Virus record (IMG/VR): IMGVR_UViG_3300030331_006276
Strand: one strand, 5' to 3'
Origin: a virus
DNA: 64,000 bases
Shown: positions 29,763 to 39,179 of the stretch, one piece after another
Numbering within the stretch: position 1 is the stretch's first letter
How the letters are laid out: each line of letters starts with the position of its first letter
Position numbers and translations under genes: made by a program
Notes under the pieces: generated by a model
Database searches by the model: none
What the model was told of the DNA's origin: nothing
Seen by the model: only the letters and a program-made list of their open reading frames with translations

Positions 29763-29801
29763 AATAAAAAAAGCGGCCCGCGAACGGACCGCTTCTAGTT
29801 C
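29763..29801 (-). terminator. Intrinsic terminator of the beta-barrel gene; second of two 39-bp tandem units (29724-29762, 29763-29801)
   Basis: AAGCGGTCCG-TTCG-CGGGCCGCTT followed by a T run on the minus strand. Confidence 0.8.
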
Positions 29802-29815
29802 TTTATTGAAGTTAT

Positions 29816-30289
29816 TTAAAACTTAAACGATACACCAACACGAAGCTCGGTATCATTATCGGACGCTTCAAAATCATAACCGAAGGTATATGTAGCAAAA
29901 ACTGCTTTTCCTTCAGCGAAAGGATAAGAAACACCAGCACCGATACGAACGTCAAATCCGACATCATCTGTATCAATCCAGTTAAGTCCAACACCGCCTA
30001 CAGCAGAAACAGTAGCTCCATAAACCTCACCAATATCGTAACCGACATTAAGGTCAAGAACAACATCATCACCGTTCCAACCAAGGACAGGCTTTAGATC
30101 GACTTCCACTCCAGCAAGAGCGATTGGAGCAGTTGCTCCAAGCGAGAACGTAAGATCGCCATCCTTTTTAGTGGCTCCAACGTTCCAGTCAGTTAGTTCA
30201 ACACCTGCGACAGTTGCCGCTGTAGCAGGTCCAGCAAATGCCACAAAAGCGAAAGCCATTGCAGCAAGTAATGTAGTTACTTTTTTCAT
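29816..30289 (-). CDS. Outer-membrane beta-barrel protein
   Basis: Start MKKVTT with a signal peptide; alternating amphipathic strands; C-terminal VGVSFKF. Confidence 0.8.
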   Translation of the reverse strand: MKKVTTLLAAMAFAFVAFAGPATAATVAGVELTDWNVGATKKDGDLTFSLGATAPIALAGVEVDLKPVLGWNGDDVVLDLNVGYDIGEVYGATVSAVGGVGLNWIDTDDVGFDVRIGAGVSYPFAEGKAVFATYTFGYDFEASDNDTELRVGVSFKF

Positions 30290-30335
30290 ATACATATTTA
30301 TTATAATAACAAAAAATTTATAGTCAACTAATTTA

Positions 30336-30677
30336 TTACTTATTCGGAATAACATAGCTGTCATCTGCAACAGGAAAGCTTGGAGGATTAGTTATAACTG
30401 ATTCAACTTGAGAATTAAACACATTATCCCAACCACCTGATATAGTGCTTAAAAGAGTAATAAGCTGGGCTCTTGTCCAAGAGCTTTCCTTTTTAGGTAC
30501 AAATGCACCAAATTCAGAATCAACTGCAGTAGATACAATATTAGAACTGAAAACAGATTCATAGAAATCAGCTTGTCCGGAAACAGAATTAGTATAGGTC
30601 ATACCTAATTCCCATTCAACCACTTTACCACCACTTAAATACGGTACTGCAACATTAAAAGTTTTTGTAATAGCCAT
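30336..30677 (-). CDS. Hypothetical virion/tail-associated protein
   Basis: Late promoter; FVPKKESSWTRAQL resembles the C-terminus of 37657..38019. Confidence 0.55.
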   Translation of the reverse strand: MAITKTFNVAVPYLSGGKVVEWELGMTYTNSVSGQADFYESVFSSNIVSTAVDSEFGAFVPKKESSWTRAQLITLLSTISGGWDNVFNSQVESVITNPPSFPVADDSYVIPNK

Positions 30678-30688
30678 AAACTTATTTA

Positions 30689-31495
30689 TTATTTACTAGC
30701 AAGTATACCAGCATTACGCTCCATTCTCTTTACTACACCATCTCTCCCTTTTGCTTTTCTTCTTTTATATTCTTTATGATCAAGATATTCATTAGCTGCA
30801 GCTTTGTTTTTACCTTTTTTAAGTAAATCTACCCATTGCATTTTAGGGAGTAAATCACCTCGATAACTAATATCAACCAATACTGCTGCTTGCTCGTTAC
30901 TTAAATTATCAATTTCAAATATATCTTTAACTCTATCTAAATGAAAAGAGAGTTGCTTATCAAATAGCTTTTCTGCAAATTGTGGAGATATAGAACTACC
31001 ATACTTTTTTACCCACTTATTTTTAGCTGCTCTTGTACCATCACCAATTTTATGACCAATACCTATAGTATAAATACCCACATCATCTGTATAAGGTCTT
31101 AAAAATTTTCTATTTCTAGGGTCTCCTATATCTGTACCATAAATTTCAGACGGCTTGATTAAATTACTAGCTAAATTTTTTATCTTACTTTCCGATCTTT
31201 CTGGAGGTGCCTCTTGAATTTTACGGTTAGGTTTAACCTTAACAGGTTCAGGCGGTGTATCTTCTATCTGTTTAAGTTCAGCTTCATACTGTTTAAACAC
31301 CCTATCTACTGCTCTTTTAAAACTCGGAGCTTCAATATGTTCATCAGCTACTTTTAACGCGGTTATTTTTTGCTCAATTGGAGCTGGATCGTTATTAAGA
31401 ATATTTTCGATCTTTTGAGCCGAATAAGGAGCAGTACCTACTGCAATAAGTCCAAGAAGAATCTCTTTCATACCTTCATCAAATTGTTGAGTCAC
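30689..31495 (-). CDS. Lysozyme-like (GH24) muramidase with N-terminal extension
   Basis: PYTDDVGIYTIGIGH, LVDISY, RRKAK...E. Start is GTG at 31495; the upstream part of the listed ORF is tmRNA. Confidence 0.75.
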   Translation of the reverse strand: MTQQFDEGMKEILLGLIAVGTAPYSAQKIENILNNDPAPIEQKITALKVADEHIEAPSFKRAVDRVFKQYEAELKQIEDTPPEPVKVKPNRKIQEAPPERSESKIKNLASNLIKPSEIYGTDIGDPRNRKFLRPYTDDVGIYTIGIGHKIGDGTRAAKNKWVKKYGSSISPQFAEKLFDKQLSFHLDRVKDIFEIDNLSNEQAAVLVDISYRGDLLPKMQWVDLLKKGKNKAAANEYLDHKEYKRRKAKGRDGVVKRMERNAGILASK

Positions 31496-31524
31496 GTATA
31501 TATTTATTATAAAGAGGTTCCTAT

Positions 31525-31935
31525 TGGTGGAGGTGAGGGGGATCGAACCCCTGTCCATTAAGTTATCATAATAACTTTCTACATACTTAGATATATTCTA
31601 TTTTAAGGATATACGGTTATATCAACCATCCTACATTTCTTTAAATTAGTAATGCTCTAATCTAGCTGTTTATTACGCTAATCGCTATATTAACAACTCA
31701 TTTCGTTACCCAAACACTTTAATGAGAATCCATGCTTGTTTGTTATGCGGCGAGAAGCGCATCTTCTTGAACCAAGAACGCGTCTGGGTTGTTGAAGATG
31801 GCTTCTGCTTCCGCAAGAAGGTCTGCTTCTTCTTGTTCTGCAGTTAGGTTTTTAATCGGCTTTTAACGTGGCCAACCGATCAACCACGATATGCGAGCTA
31901 TAAATCCTACATAATGTCGAATCCATGGCACCCCC
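31525..31935 (-). ncRNA. ssrA: tmRNA (411 nt); tag AEQEEADLLAEAEAIFNNPDAFLVQEDALLAA*
   Basis: 5' GGGGGTGCCATGGATTCGAC; 3' GGGGTTCGATCCCCCTCACCTCCACCA; resume context CTAACT-GCA at 31841; stop at 31743-31745. Confidence 0.95.
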
Positions 31936-31942
31936 AAAAATT

Positions 31943-32317
31943 TTATTTCTTTTTGCTATCTTTTTTACCTTTCTTTCTTTCAAGCTTGGCGCGCTGCCCT
32001 TCAGGCTTTCTACCAGCTCTACGCTTTCTAACAGCCTCAGCTGCTGCTTTCTTTTCTTCTTCACAAAGCTTACCGTCTTTATTCTTATCAAATCTTTTAA
32101 GAAGCATTTTCTTTCTTGTTTCAGCTGCTACTTTTCGTTCTTCTTCGCAAAGCTTACCGTCTTTATTCTTATCAAATTTTTTGAGCCACTCTTTGCTAAA
32201 GGGTGCAGAAATACCAGGTTCACCTCTACTTTTTCTTTTTTCTTCTTTTTCTGGTGTTCCACTAGCCGTAGCGAGTCCTGCTGTAATTGCAATTAGAGCA
32301 ATAAATTTACTTTTCAT
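31943..32317 (-). CDS. Secreted EF-hand-like protein
   Basis: Signal peptide; 2x FDKNKDGKLCEEE (84-bp period). Confidence 0.75.
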   Translation of the reverse strand: MKSKFIALIAITAGLATASGTPEKEEKRKSRGEPGISAPFSKEWLKKFDKNKDGKLCEEERKVAAETRKKMLLKRFDKNKDGKLCEEEKKAAAEAVRKRRAGRKPEGQRAKLERKKGKKDSKKK

Positions 32318-32349
32318 ATAATACATTATAACTACTATTTATAAATAAT

Positions 32350-32877
32350 CTACTTAAAAACTGGATCTAATAAGAGATCAACAAATCTCTTAATAGTCCG
32401 ATATATTTTTGACTTAGTAGTAAACCCCCATCTTTTAGGAGCAGTAACTCTAATAAAAGATCTAAAATCTGTACCCATTTCTGATTGACGAGCATGCCAG
32501 TCACAAACCATCTCAGCAATCTGTTCATCATTCATTGCTGTAATACCGTCCACATGATATTCAGGGTGGTGATCATTTGTTTGTTGATGTTGATGTATAG
32601 CTAGCTTTAGCGCACTTTCATCTTCATCTCTATGCAGTGTATCCCACTCTATGCCTTGAAATTTAGATAAATCATGTCTACTGCATCGCTGAAGAAGGCG
32701 TCTAGCTAACTCTAAATCGTTTTTAGTTTCAGCATTATCTATAAGACGTGTAGATAATTTTACTGCAGCTGCTCTTACTGCTTGAGTATGCTCCCAAACA
32801 GAAAGTAATTTTCTTCTATATTCTTCTCTAACTTCCAACGGAAGGATAGATGGACCATCATTTTCATCTTTGTCCAT
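32350..32877 (-). CDS. DUF5662-like HD-fold protein
   Basis: HDLSKF, HQH...NDHHPEYH, EMVCDW. Confidence 0.75.
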   Translation of the reverse strand: MDKDENDGPSILPLEVREEYRRKLLSVWEHTQAVRAAAVKLSTRLIDNAETKNDLELARRLLQRCSRHDLSKFQGIEWDTLHRDEDESALKLAIHQHQQTNDHHPEYHVDGITAMNDEQIAEMVCDWHARQSEMGTDFRSFIRVTAPKRWGFTTKSKIYRTIKRFVDLLLDPVFK

Positions 32878-32885
32878 AACATAAC

Positions 32886-33230
32886 TTACCCATATTTAAC
32901 TATGTCTCTTATGTCAGCGAGAGCTGCTGCAGCAGAAGCATCTGTTTCTGCTTCATCTATTAGCATCCGTATATACTTCATTGCTAATTTTGCAGTAGAA
33001 TGCTCTTCAGCATCTTCTTCAACTTTAACAGGCTCCTCTTTATGTGGAGCACGAGGTCCTCGATAAAATTTTTCTCTCTGCGCTTCTTTATGCAAAAGAC
33101 GCTTCCACCTTGGCATATCGTAATCATGATCTTGATTATGTGCTTCTGTTAAAGGTTTTTCTTTACTAGCAGGATTATACATTTCAGTATAAATGTTTGC
33201 AAGGTTATTAACATACTGTGGATCAGTCAT
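32886..33230 (-). CDS. Late hypothetical protein (possible internal head protein)
   Basis: ATAAATA promoter; EDAE motif. Confidence 0.6.
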   Translation of the reverse strand: MTDPQYVNNLANIYTEMYNPASKEKPLTEAHNQDHDYDMPRWKRLLHKEAQREKFYRGPRAPHKEEPVKVEEDAEEHSTAKLAMKYIRMLIDEAETDASAAAALADIRDIVKYG

Positions 33231-33265
33231 ACTATTATTTATTCATAATAGAATATTTTAGTAAT

Positions 33266-33604
33266 CTAACCCCATGGAGCAGTTGGTTTTATTTCAATCT
33301 CTTTTTCTACTATATTACCATCATCGTCTATTTCAGGTACCCCATCTTTTACCAACTCTACAGCTATTCGTATTCCAAAAATTGACATTAATGTAATAAA
33401 AGATATTACACATAGCAAAATAAATGCTGCAAAGCTTAAGGGTACAATAACGATACAAGGTATAAAAAATAAAATTGAAAAAATAGATCTAGTAATTAAT
33501 TTTTCTTTATCTGAAGCAAGCATTGCTCCGAGTGTAGCAGCTAAAAGCAACGATGTAATAACCCAACAAACAACTCCAACAATAATACAAGTTTCAATTA
33601 ACAT
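33266..33604 (-). CDS. Membrane protein
   Basis: Multiple hydrophobic segments. Confidence 0.6.
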   Translation of the reverse strand: MLIETCIIVGVVCWVITSLLLAATLGAMLASDKEKLITRSIFSILFFIPCIVIVPLSFAAFILLCVISFITLMSIFGIRIAVELVKDGVPEIDDDGNIVEKEIEIKPTAPWG

Positions 33605-33635
33605 ACTCTTAATTATAGTATAGACATAAGAAAAA

Positions 33636-34160
33636 TCAACATTGGTAAATTTGATTATGACGTCTATAGCATTGTTTTAATACTGTTTGCGCTACAGATT
33701 TTCCATGCCATTCACCAACTTCAACAAAACTATTATTTAAATCTTTATAATGCTTAAAAAAATAAGAAGCTATTTTTATAAACATAGGATCAATATCTTT
33801 CAATGATCTGTAGTTCCTTACATGAGAAGTAGGAGCGCCTAGTATTTTCCAATCCCTACCCCCACTATCAGTCATATCTAAAGCACCTATAATGTTACAT
33901 TCAACTAAAGTTCCTCTATTAATAGGAGTTTCATTGTATATTAATATATCTAGAGGATCAGCATCTTCTGCTAAAGTAGAAGGAATAAAACCATAGGAAC
34001 ATGGATATACCATAGAACTCGGTAAACATCGATCTAATTGGAACGTATCTATTTTTGGATTATATTCGTATTTAGCAGATGTTCCTTTAGGTATTTCTAC
34101 TATAGCATTAACAATTTGAGGCGATTGTTTATGGGGTTCTATAAGTTCTAAGTTCCTCAC
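33636..34160 (-). CDS. ppa: Soluble family I inorganic pyrophosphatase
   Basis: EIPKG, KYE, LDR, YGFIPSTLAEDADPLDIL, DWKIL, FFKHYKDL. Confidence 0.95.
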   Translation of the reverse strand: MRNLELIEPHKQSPQIVNAIVEIPKGTSAKYEYNPKIDTFQLDRCLPSSMVYPCSYGFIPSTLAEDADPLDILIYNETPINRGTLVECNIIGALDMTDSGGRDWKILGAPTSHVRNYRSLKDIDPMFIKIASYFFKHYKDLNNSFVEVGEWHGKSVAQTVLKQCYRRHNQIYQC

Positions 34161-34193
34161 CTACATATTTACTCATGTAAGTAAACATGTCAA

Positions 34194-34547
34194 TCATAGC
34201 TTTTCTCCTTTACCTACAGGAGGCAATACAATATCTTCAGGGTTTTTACCTGACATAGTTTTAACTTGAAAAGTATTACTTGGTGCTGAAGAAGTAGATA
34301 AATGAACATCATCTTGGGCTATAATAACACCTGGCTGTTGTTGTGGTGGTGCAACCGGTGCATGATGTCCGTTGCCAAATTTTACTTTAGCAGCAGTATG
34401 AGCTCCTACATTACCACCAACATATATACCAAATACCCACTTCATCATATCTGCCCATCCTGTAAAGTCAGTATGGTTAGTAAAAACAAAAGCAGTAGAA
34501 GCTATAAACAAAGCTAAACCTGCTATAAATTTACGTGACTTAATCAT
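34194..34547 (-). CDS. Membrane protein (holin-like N-terminus)
   Basis: SRKF + 2 TM + YVGGNV. Confidence 0.55.
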   Translation of the reverse strand: MIKSRKFIAGLALFIASTAFVFTNHTDFTGWADMMKWVFGIYVGGNVGAHTAAKVKFGNGHHAPVAPPQQQPGVIIAQDDVHLSTSSAPSNTFQVKTMSGKNPEDIVLPPVGKGEKL

Positions 34548-34816
34548 TAGAGTGGTGTATCTTCGTCAACCTCTTTAAAACCTTCTGCCTCGTCAGTTAT
34601 ACCTATATCTTCTTTACCTTCAGCATCTTCCGGCAAAGCAGCAGAAATACCTATAAGCTTATCTAAATTTGGACATCCCTCTTCATCTTCGATATCAGGA
34701 TCTAACTCTGCCATAGGACCGGGCAATTCACCTTCAGCATCGTAGGTATCGGCATCTGGATTTCTGCGCTCATTAATGAGAGCTCCCCAAATAAGCTTAT
34801 CGTCGTCTTTAATCAT
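34547..34816 (-). CDS. Acidic late protein
   Basis: DDKLIW N-terminus; EDAE motif. Confidence 0.6.
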   Translation of the reverse strand: MIKDDDKLIWGALINERRNPDADTYDAEGELPGPMAELDPDIEDEEGCPNLDKLIGISAALPEDAEGKEDIGITDEAEGFKEVDEDTPL

Positions 34817-35256
34817 TAGTCAGTTGCGTGACCTTTTCCTGAGCCAGTGAAACCATGAGCTGCGCCCATCTTGTTCATCTTCTGCTCATATGACTCGTCC
34901 TCATGATGGCCTTCTGCATCTTCATGATCTTTAGCTAACTTCCTTTCAGCAGCGCCATAAGCATCTCTTGCAAGAGCATCTCTTTCATGATCAGTAAGAG
35001 ATCCTTCTTTTTTAAGCCGCTCTTTAGCAGCATCGATTAAACGATCACCAGCAGTGCCCATTCCTTCGACTTTCTTAAGAAGATCAGCATCTGACAGCTT
35101 ACCTGTCTTATCATGTTCAGCGTCTTCTTCTGCCATATGGTCGGCAGCTTGTTGAGCTAATCCTCCCATACTCATGTGTGCTCCACCCATCATAGCGCCA
35201 TATGCTTCGCTAAGTAGGTCTATATCTTTTTTGAAACTTCTGTGTTGTTTGCCCAT
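34816..35256 (-). CDS. Acidic late protein (possible internal head protein)
   Basis: DLLSEAY; 2x EDAE; TATAAATA upstream. Confidence 0.6.
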   Translation of the reverse strand: MGKQHRSFKKDIDLLSEAYGAMMGGAHMSMGGLAQQAADHMAEEDAEHDKTGKLSDADLLKKVEGMGTAGDRLIDAAKERLKKEGSLTDHERDALARDAYGAAERKLAKDHEDAEGHHEDESYEQKMNKMGAAHGFTGSGKGHATD

Positions 35257-35285
35257 AGTAATATTATTTATACTAACTGATTAAA

Positions 35286-36035
35286 TTATACAACTTTTTT
35301 TACAACTGCAAGTGCATAGTCACGATTAAGCTTAGCTATATTAACAGCAGGTATATCTTTCGGGCATACAGCTTCACATTCATAATGGTTACTACAACCA
35401 CCAAACCCTTCTTCATCCATAGCTTTTACCATTCTTATAGCTCTTCTATCTTTCTCAGGCTTACCTTGAGGTAGACTATTAAGATGAGTAACCTTAGCAC
35501 TTACAAACAACATAGCACTAGAGTTCTTACAAGCAGCTACGCAAGCACCGCAACCAATACAAGCAGCAGATTCAAATGCATGATCAGCATCTTCTTTAAC
35601 AATAGGTATACTATTAGCATCAGGAGCAGAGCCAGTACGTACGGAAACGTAACCTCCAGCTTGAATAATACGATCTAAAGCAGATCTATCTACAGCTAAG
35701 TCTTTTAATATAGGAAATGCTTTAGCTCTGAAAGGCTCAATCCATATAGTACTACCATCTTCGAAATGACGCATATGAAGCTGACAGGTAGTAGTAGCAT
35801 GCTCTCTACTATGAGGTACTCCGTTAATAGTTAACGAACACATACCACATATACCTTCTCTACAATCATGATCGAAATGGATAGGCATATCGCCCGAAGT
35901 AATAAGATCCTCGTTAACTATATCAAGCATCTCTAAGAAAGAACACTCAGCAGGTATATTCTTAGCATCGTAATCTTCTATACGACCTTTATCATCTGCG
36001 CTATCCTGGCGCCATACCTTAAGCTTCAGATCCAT
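35286..36035 (-). CDS. sdhB: Succinate dehydrogenase/fumarate reductase Fe-S subunit
   Basis: [10 protein letters not shown]...[26 protein letters not shown]: all three cluster motifs present. Confidence 0.95.
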   Translation of the reverse strand: MDLKLKVWRQDSADDKGRIEDYDAKNIPAECSFLEMLDIVNEDLITSGDMPIHFDHDCREGICGMCSLTINGVPHSREHATTTCQLHMRHFEDGSTIWIEPFRAKAFPILKDLAVDRSALDRIIQAGGYVSVRTGSAPDANSIPIVKEDADHAFESAACIGCGACVAACKNSSAMLFVSAKVTHLNSLPQGKPEKDRRAIRMVKAMDEEGFGGCSNHYECEAVCPKDIPAVNIAKLNRDYALAVVKKVV

Positions 36036-36118
36036 AGCTAAACATATTTAATCATAAAGGATCGAAGATCACTCGGCAAAAAATTTCTCCTTTGGTCTCT
36101 TTGGTCTTAAATATTTAT

Positions 36119-36349
36119 ATGGCAGAAAAAGAAAACAAATATACAGATAATGTACCTGGCCCATATTACGTAGATGAAATGTGTATTGATTGTGATGCTT
36201 GCCGTCAAACTGCACCAGATAACTTCACGCGAAATGATGATGAAGGATATTCATACGTATATAAGCAGCCAGTGAATGCTGATGAAGAAGAGCTATGCTT
36301 AGAAGCTTTAGAAGGATGTCCTGTAGATGCTATAGGAAATGACGGTTAA
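36119..36349 (+). CDS. Ferredoxin
   Basis: CIDCDAC...CPVDAI; start MAEKEN. Confidence 0.92.
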   Translation: MAEKENKYTDNVPGPYYVDEMCIDCDACRQTAPDNFTRNDDEGYSYVYKQPVNADEEELCLEALEGCPVDAIGNDG

Positions 36350-37320
36350 ACGTCAATAACTGTTTCAGATTGTCCTCCTAACTTAGCATAGGCGGCAACT
36401 AAGTCGTCGTATCTATCTGAACTACTATCTAAAAGATACTCTACTGTTAATGGAGTATTATGATAATCTTTTACAGCCTTATCGTACTCTTTCTCAATCA
36501 TGCGCATACCTCTTTGATATGGATGATTACTCATAAAGTCTTCTAGCTTATCTATCTCATCGTTAAGCTTGTTCATCTCATCCTCTTTACCTTCTCTACG
36601 CGCCTTGTTACGATCCATACTTAATTTTGTCTTATTATATCTAGCTTCTCTATATGAGTCGTAATCATTCTCCCTTTTAAACTCTTCTGTCTCATATTCC
36701 CTTTCTTTAGGTCTCTTCTTACCTATATCTCTATTAACAAATTGCACTAGCTTATTAGCAAAGTCCATAGCGTCTCTATCACTGCCTTCTCTCTGACCAC
36801 CAATACCGTGCTTATTGCTCATGTATAAAGACATGTAAGAGTTATCATCTAAGATCTGTTTAATTGTCTTACCTTCTAAAGATCTAAGAAAATCCTCAAG
36901 GGTACCCCCTTTCGGTATTAGAGCTGTAGTTCTATCTTCTTCCATCTCACCATGCGTCTTATTAGATGGTGCACTAGGAGGTCGGGTACGTCTATATCTA
37001 CCCCCAGAGCCATCTCTAGCTGCATCTACATTACTAGGTGCACCGCCTCTAGACATATCAAATGATTTACCTTTAGGTGCCTTCGATGTACCTTTCTCCC
37101 AATTCTCTTTTAAAAGCTTATCTTTAAGACCAAAGTCTTTTACAGCTTTCTGTATCATAAAGCAATTACAATGTGGACAATCATCACCGCATTTACACTC
37201 CATTACTGGAGAGCCGCAGCAATCTTTAGAACACATCAATACTCCGTTTACAGCCTTCTCTATAAGGAGCTTAGTATCGTAAGCTTCGGCTAAAAATCTA
37301 AATTCGTTTTTTGCACGCAT
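36346..37320 (-). CDS. Late protein with Cys-rich N-terminal segment
   Basis: FLAEAY; CSKDCCG...CKCGDDCPHCNC. Confidence 0.7.
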   Translation of the reverse strand: MRAKNEFRFLAEAYDTKLLIEKAVNGVLMCSKDCCGSPVMECKCGDDCPHCNCFMIQKAVKDFGLKDKLLKENWEKGTSKAPKGKSFDMSRGGAPSNVDAARDGSGGRYRRTRPPSAPSNKTHGEMEEDRTTALIPKGGTLEDFLRSLEGKTIKQILDDNSYMSLYMSNKHGIGGQREGSDRDAMDFANKLVQFVNRDIGKKRPKEREYETEEFKRENDYDSYREARYNKTKLSMDRNKARREGKEDEMNKLNDEIDKLEDFMSNHPYQRGMRMIEKEYDKAVKDYHNTPLTVEYLLDSSSDRYDDLVAAYAKLGGQSETVIDV

Positions 37321-37326
37321 TATTTA

Positions 37327-37661
37327 TATTTATGCTAATTGTTATTTTATTTGCCACTGGTTATATAATCCATATCTTCTGGGTCAAATATATCAGTAAG
37401 TGCCCCAACTAATTCTTTAAGTGCATCAGCTACTTCATTGACGTTAATATCTTCTGGGTGTCCATCGATGCGAAGCTCGTCTTTAAACATCTCTAACGCT
37501 TCATGAACCTTTTTAATACCCTTGGCATGATCTGAATCATATTCAGCATCTTCATCTTTATAGATGTTATCATAAGCTTCTGCCATTAAATGAGCTTCTC
37601 GGGCATTCTTATTATAAATTTTATCTGCCATAATATTATTTATGCTAATTGTTATTTTATT
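37327..37661. repeat. 25-bp direct repeats (37327-37351 and 37637-37661) containing the late promoter
   Basis: tatttatgctaattgttattttatt occurs twice, 310 bp apart. Confidence 0.9.
37347..37631 (-). CDS. Acidic late protein
   Basis: Start MADKIY; LMAEAY; EDAE. Confidence 0.6.
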   Translation of the reverse strand: MADKIYNKNAREAHLMAEAYDNIYKDEDAEYDSDHAKGIKKVHEALEMFKDELRIDGHPEDINVNEVADALKELVGALTDIFDPEDMDYITSGK

Positions 37662-38019
37662 CCCAAGGTACAGCACATAAACCAATAGTTGGAGTTTGTC
37701 TGGTATCTTCTATACTACCAGTTAAGTAAGACATTAGAGACCAATAACGATTGGTAGCAAATAGGAACTGCTTACAATCATCTTCTGTTAAACCAGATAA
37801 AGGAACGAATCCCGCGGGAGAGGGAGGTGGTATCTCTATTGTAATATTATTAAGTGAATCACCAAAGGTTCCGTTCCAATTAGCACTAAGAGTACAATTG
37901 ATACCTAATACAACGTTATCTAATTCCCCACTAGTTCTCCATTCCCCCATATCTTTATTATAGAAATACTTAAACTGAACTTCTAGATCATATATATGAA
38001 CTGATGTATTATACGCCAT
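37657..38019 (-). CDS. Hypothetical tail-associated protein
   Basis: LDNVV...FVPLSGLTEDD pattern. Confidence 0.6.
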   Translation of the reverse strand: MAYNTSVHIYDLEVQFKYFYNKDMGEWRTSGELDNVVLGINCTLSANWNGTFGDSLNNITIEIPPPSPAGFVPLSGLTEDDCKQFLFATNRYWSLMSYLTGSIEDTRQTPTIGLCAVPWE

Positions 38020-38252
38020 ATACATATTTATTACTACCCCCTATATAGGAACTTTCGCGGGAGCGCTAAAAAATTTTTTTGAGACATGTCAAACCCAAGG
38101 TTAAGGAACACCCTCTCTATATAACCAATCTGGAGCGCTGACTGTCTCTAGCAGGGGGTCTCTCTGAGAGGGGGGCACTCGAGAGGCAAGGCCCCTCTCG
38201 CTCAGTTGCCCGAAACGAGAGGGGTGTTTGTTATGCCGATGAGAAAGTTATA

Positions 38253-39158
38253 TTAGATCTTCTTCCATACTGCGTTAGAACCTCTGCCGTACTTCTTAAG
38301 CTTCTTATCATCTACTAGAGCCTTAAGCGCTACGTAGGTCTGACCTTTAGTTAAGTTGAAGGTAGACATTACCCGCTGCTCAGTAATATTAGGCGGGTCC
38401 ATCTTAAGGATATTCTTTTTAAGTTCAGCCTTCCTATCCTTCTTAGACTTAATCTTCTTACCAGTCGTTACCTTATCGCCGATATGGAAGCCTTTATGAC
38501 CCATAATAGCCTGAACGTCGATACACTGACCGAACCTATTCTTCGATACTGAGATAATACGAGTAGTATCATCGTCGTTCTCGAGGTCATGAGTAATCAT
38601 CATATTAACATCCACACTATGCGGTACGAGGGTCGATCCCTTCAGCTGGCCGTTCTTAGTAAGATGCATAATAAAGATCAACACACACTCGGTCTCCTTA
38701 GCTTTATTACAAAGAGTACTGATAGCGTACTGCTCGAGCTGCCTACTATTCATCTTAGTCTTAGTAGTCAGGGCCTGGAACGAATCGACGACCATCACAT
38801 CGTTATCCTCCATAGCCTTAGCGATCGTATCGATATCGGTAACGTTAGCGATCTTAACGTTCTTAACAGCAAGGCGCCTACAAGTAAAGGCGAGCTGGAA
38901 GCAGTTCTCCTCCCCGGAAGCATATCCAGTAGAGTAGCCAGCCTGCGACAAATGCTCAAGAAGCTGCAGGGCAAAGGTAGTCTTACCGCACCCAGCCTGA
39001 GCCGTCAGCGTAATAGAGGCCCCCGGGAGTAACCCTTCGCCAAAAAGCTTATCGAAGTCCTGTACTCCGGACTTCATCCGATTAAAAAAGATCTCAGGGA
39101 TCTCGATCTTACCTACTGCGGTAAAATCAGTCTGGTCAATACCTAGTTTCATCTGCAT
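38253..39158 (-). CDS. RadA/Sms-like RecA-fold ATPase (no Zn finger, no Lon domain)
   Basis: AQAGCGKTT, SGEE, VVDSFQ, HSVDV, KNRFG. Confidence 0.88.
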   Translation of the reverse strand: MQMKLGIDQTDFTAVGKIEIPEIFFNRMKSGVQDFDKLFGEGLLPGASITLTAQAGCGKTTFALQLLEHLSQAGYSTGYASGEENCFQLAFTCRRLAVKNVKIANVTDIDTIAKAMEDNDVMVVDSFQALTTKTKMNSRQLEQYAISTLCNKAKETECVLIFIMHLTKNGQLKGSTLVPHSVDVNMMITHDLENDDDTTRIISVSKNRFGQCIDVQAIMGHKGFHIGDKVTTGKKIKSKKDRKAELKKNILKMDPPNITEQRVMSTFNLTKGQTYVALKALVDDKKLKKYGRGSNAVWKKI

Positions 39159-39179
39159 AACAATATTATAGTATAGTTC

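Noticed and set aside
31496-32326. N-terminal part of 30689..31558 and ORFs 31852..32091, 31914..32321, 31925..32296
   Set aside because: They overlap the tmRNA or are shadows of the EF-hand gene.
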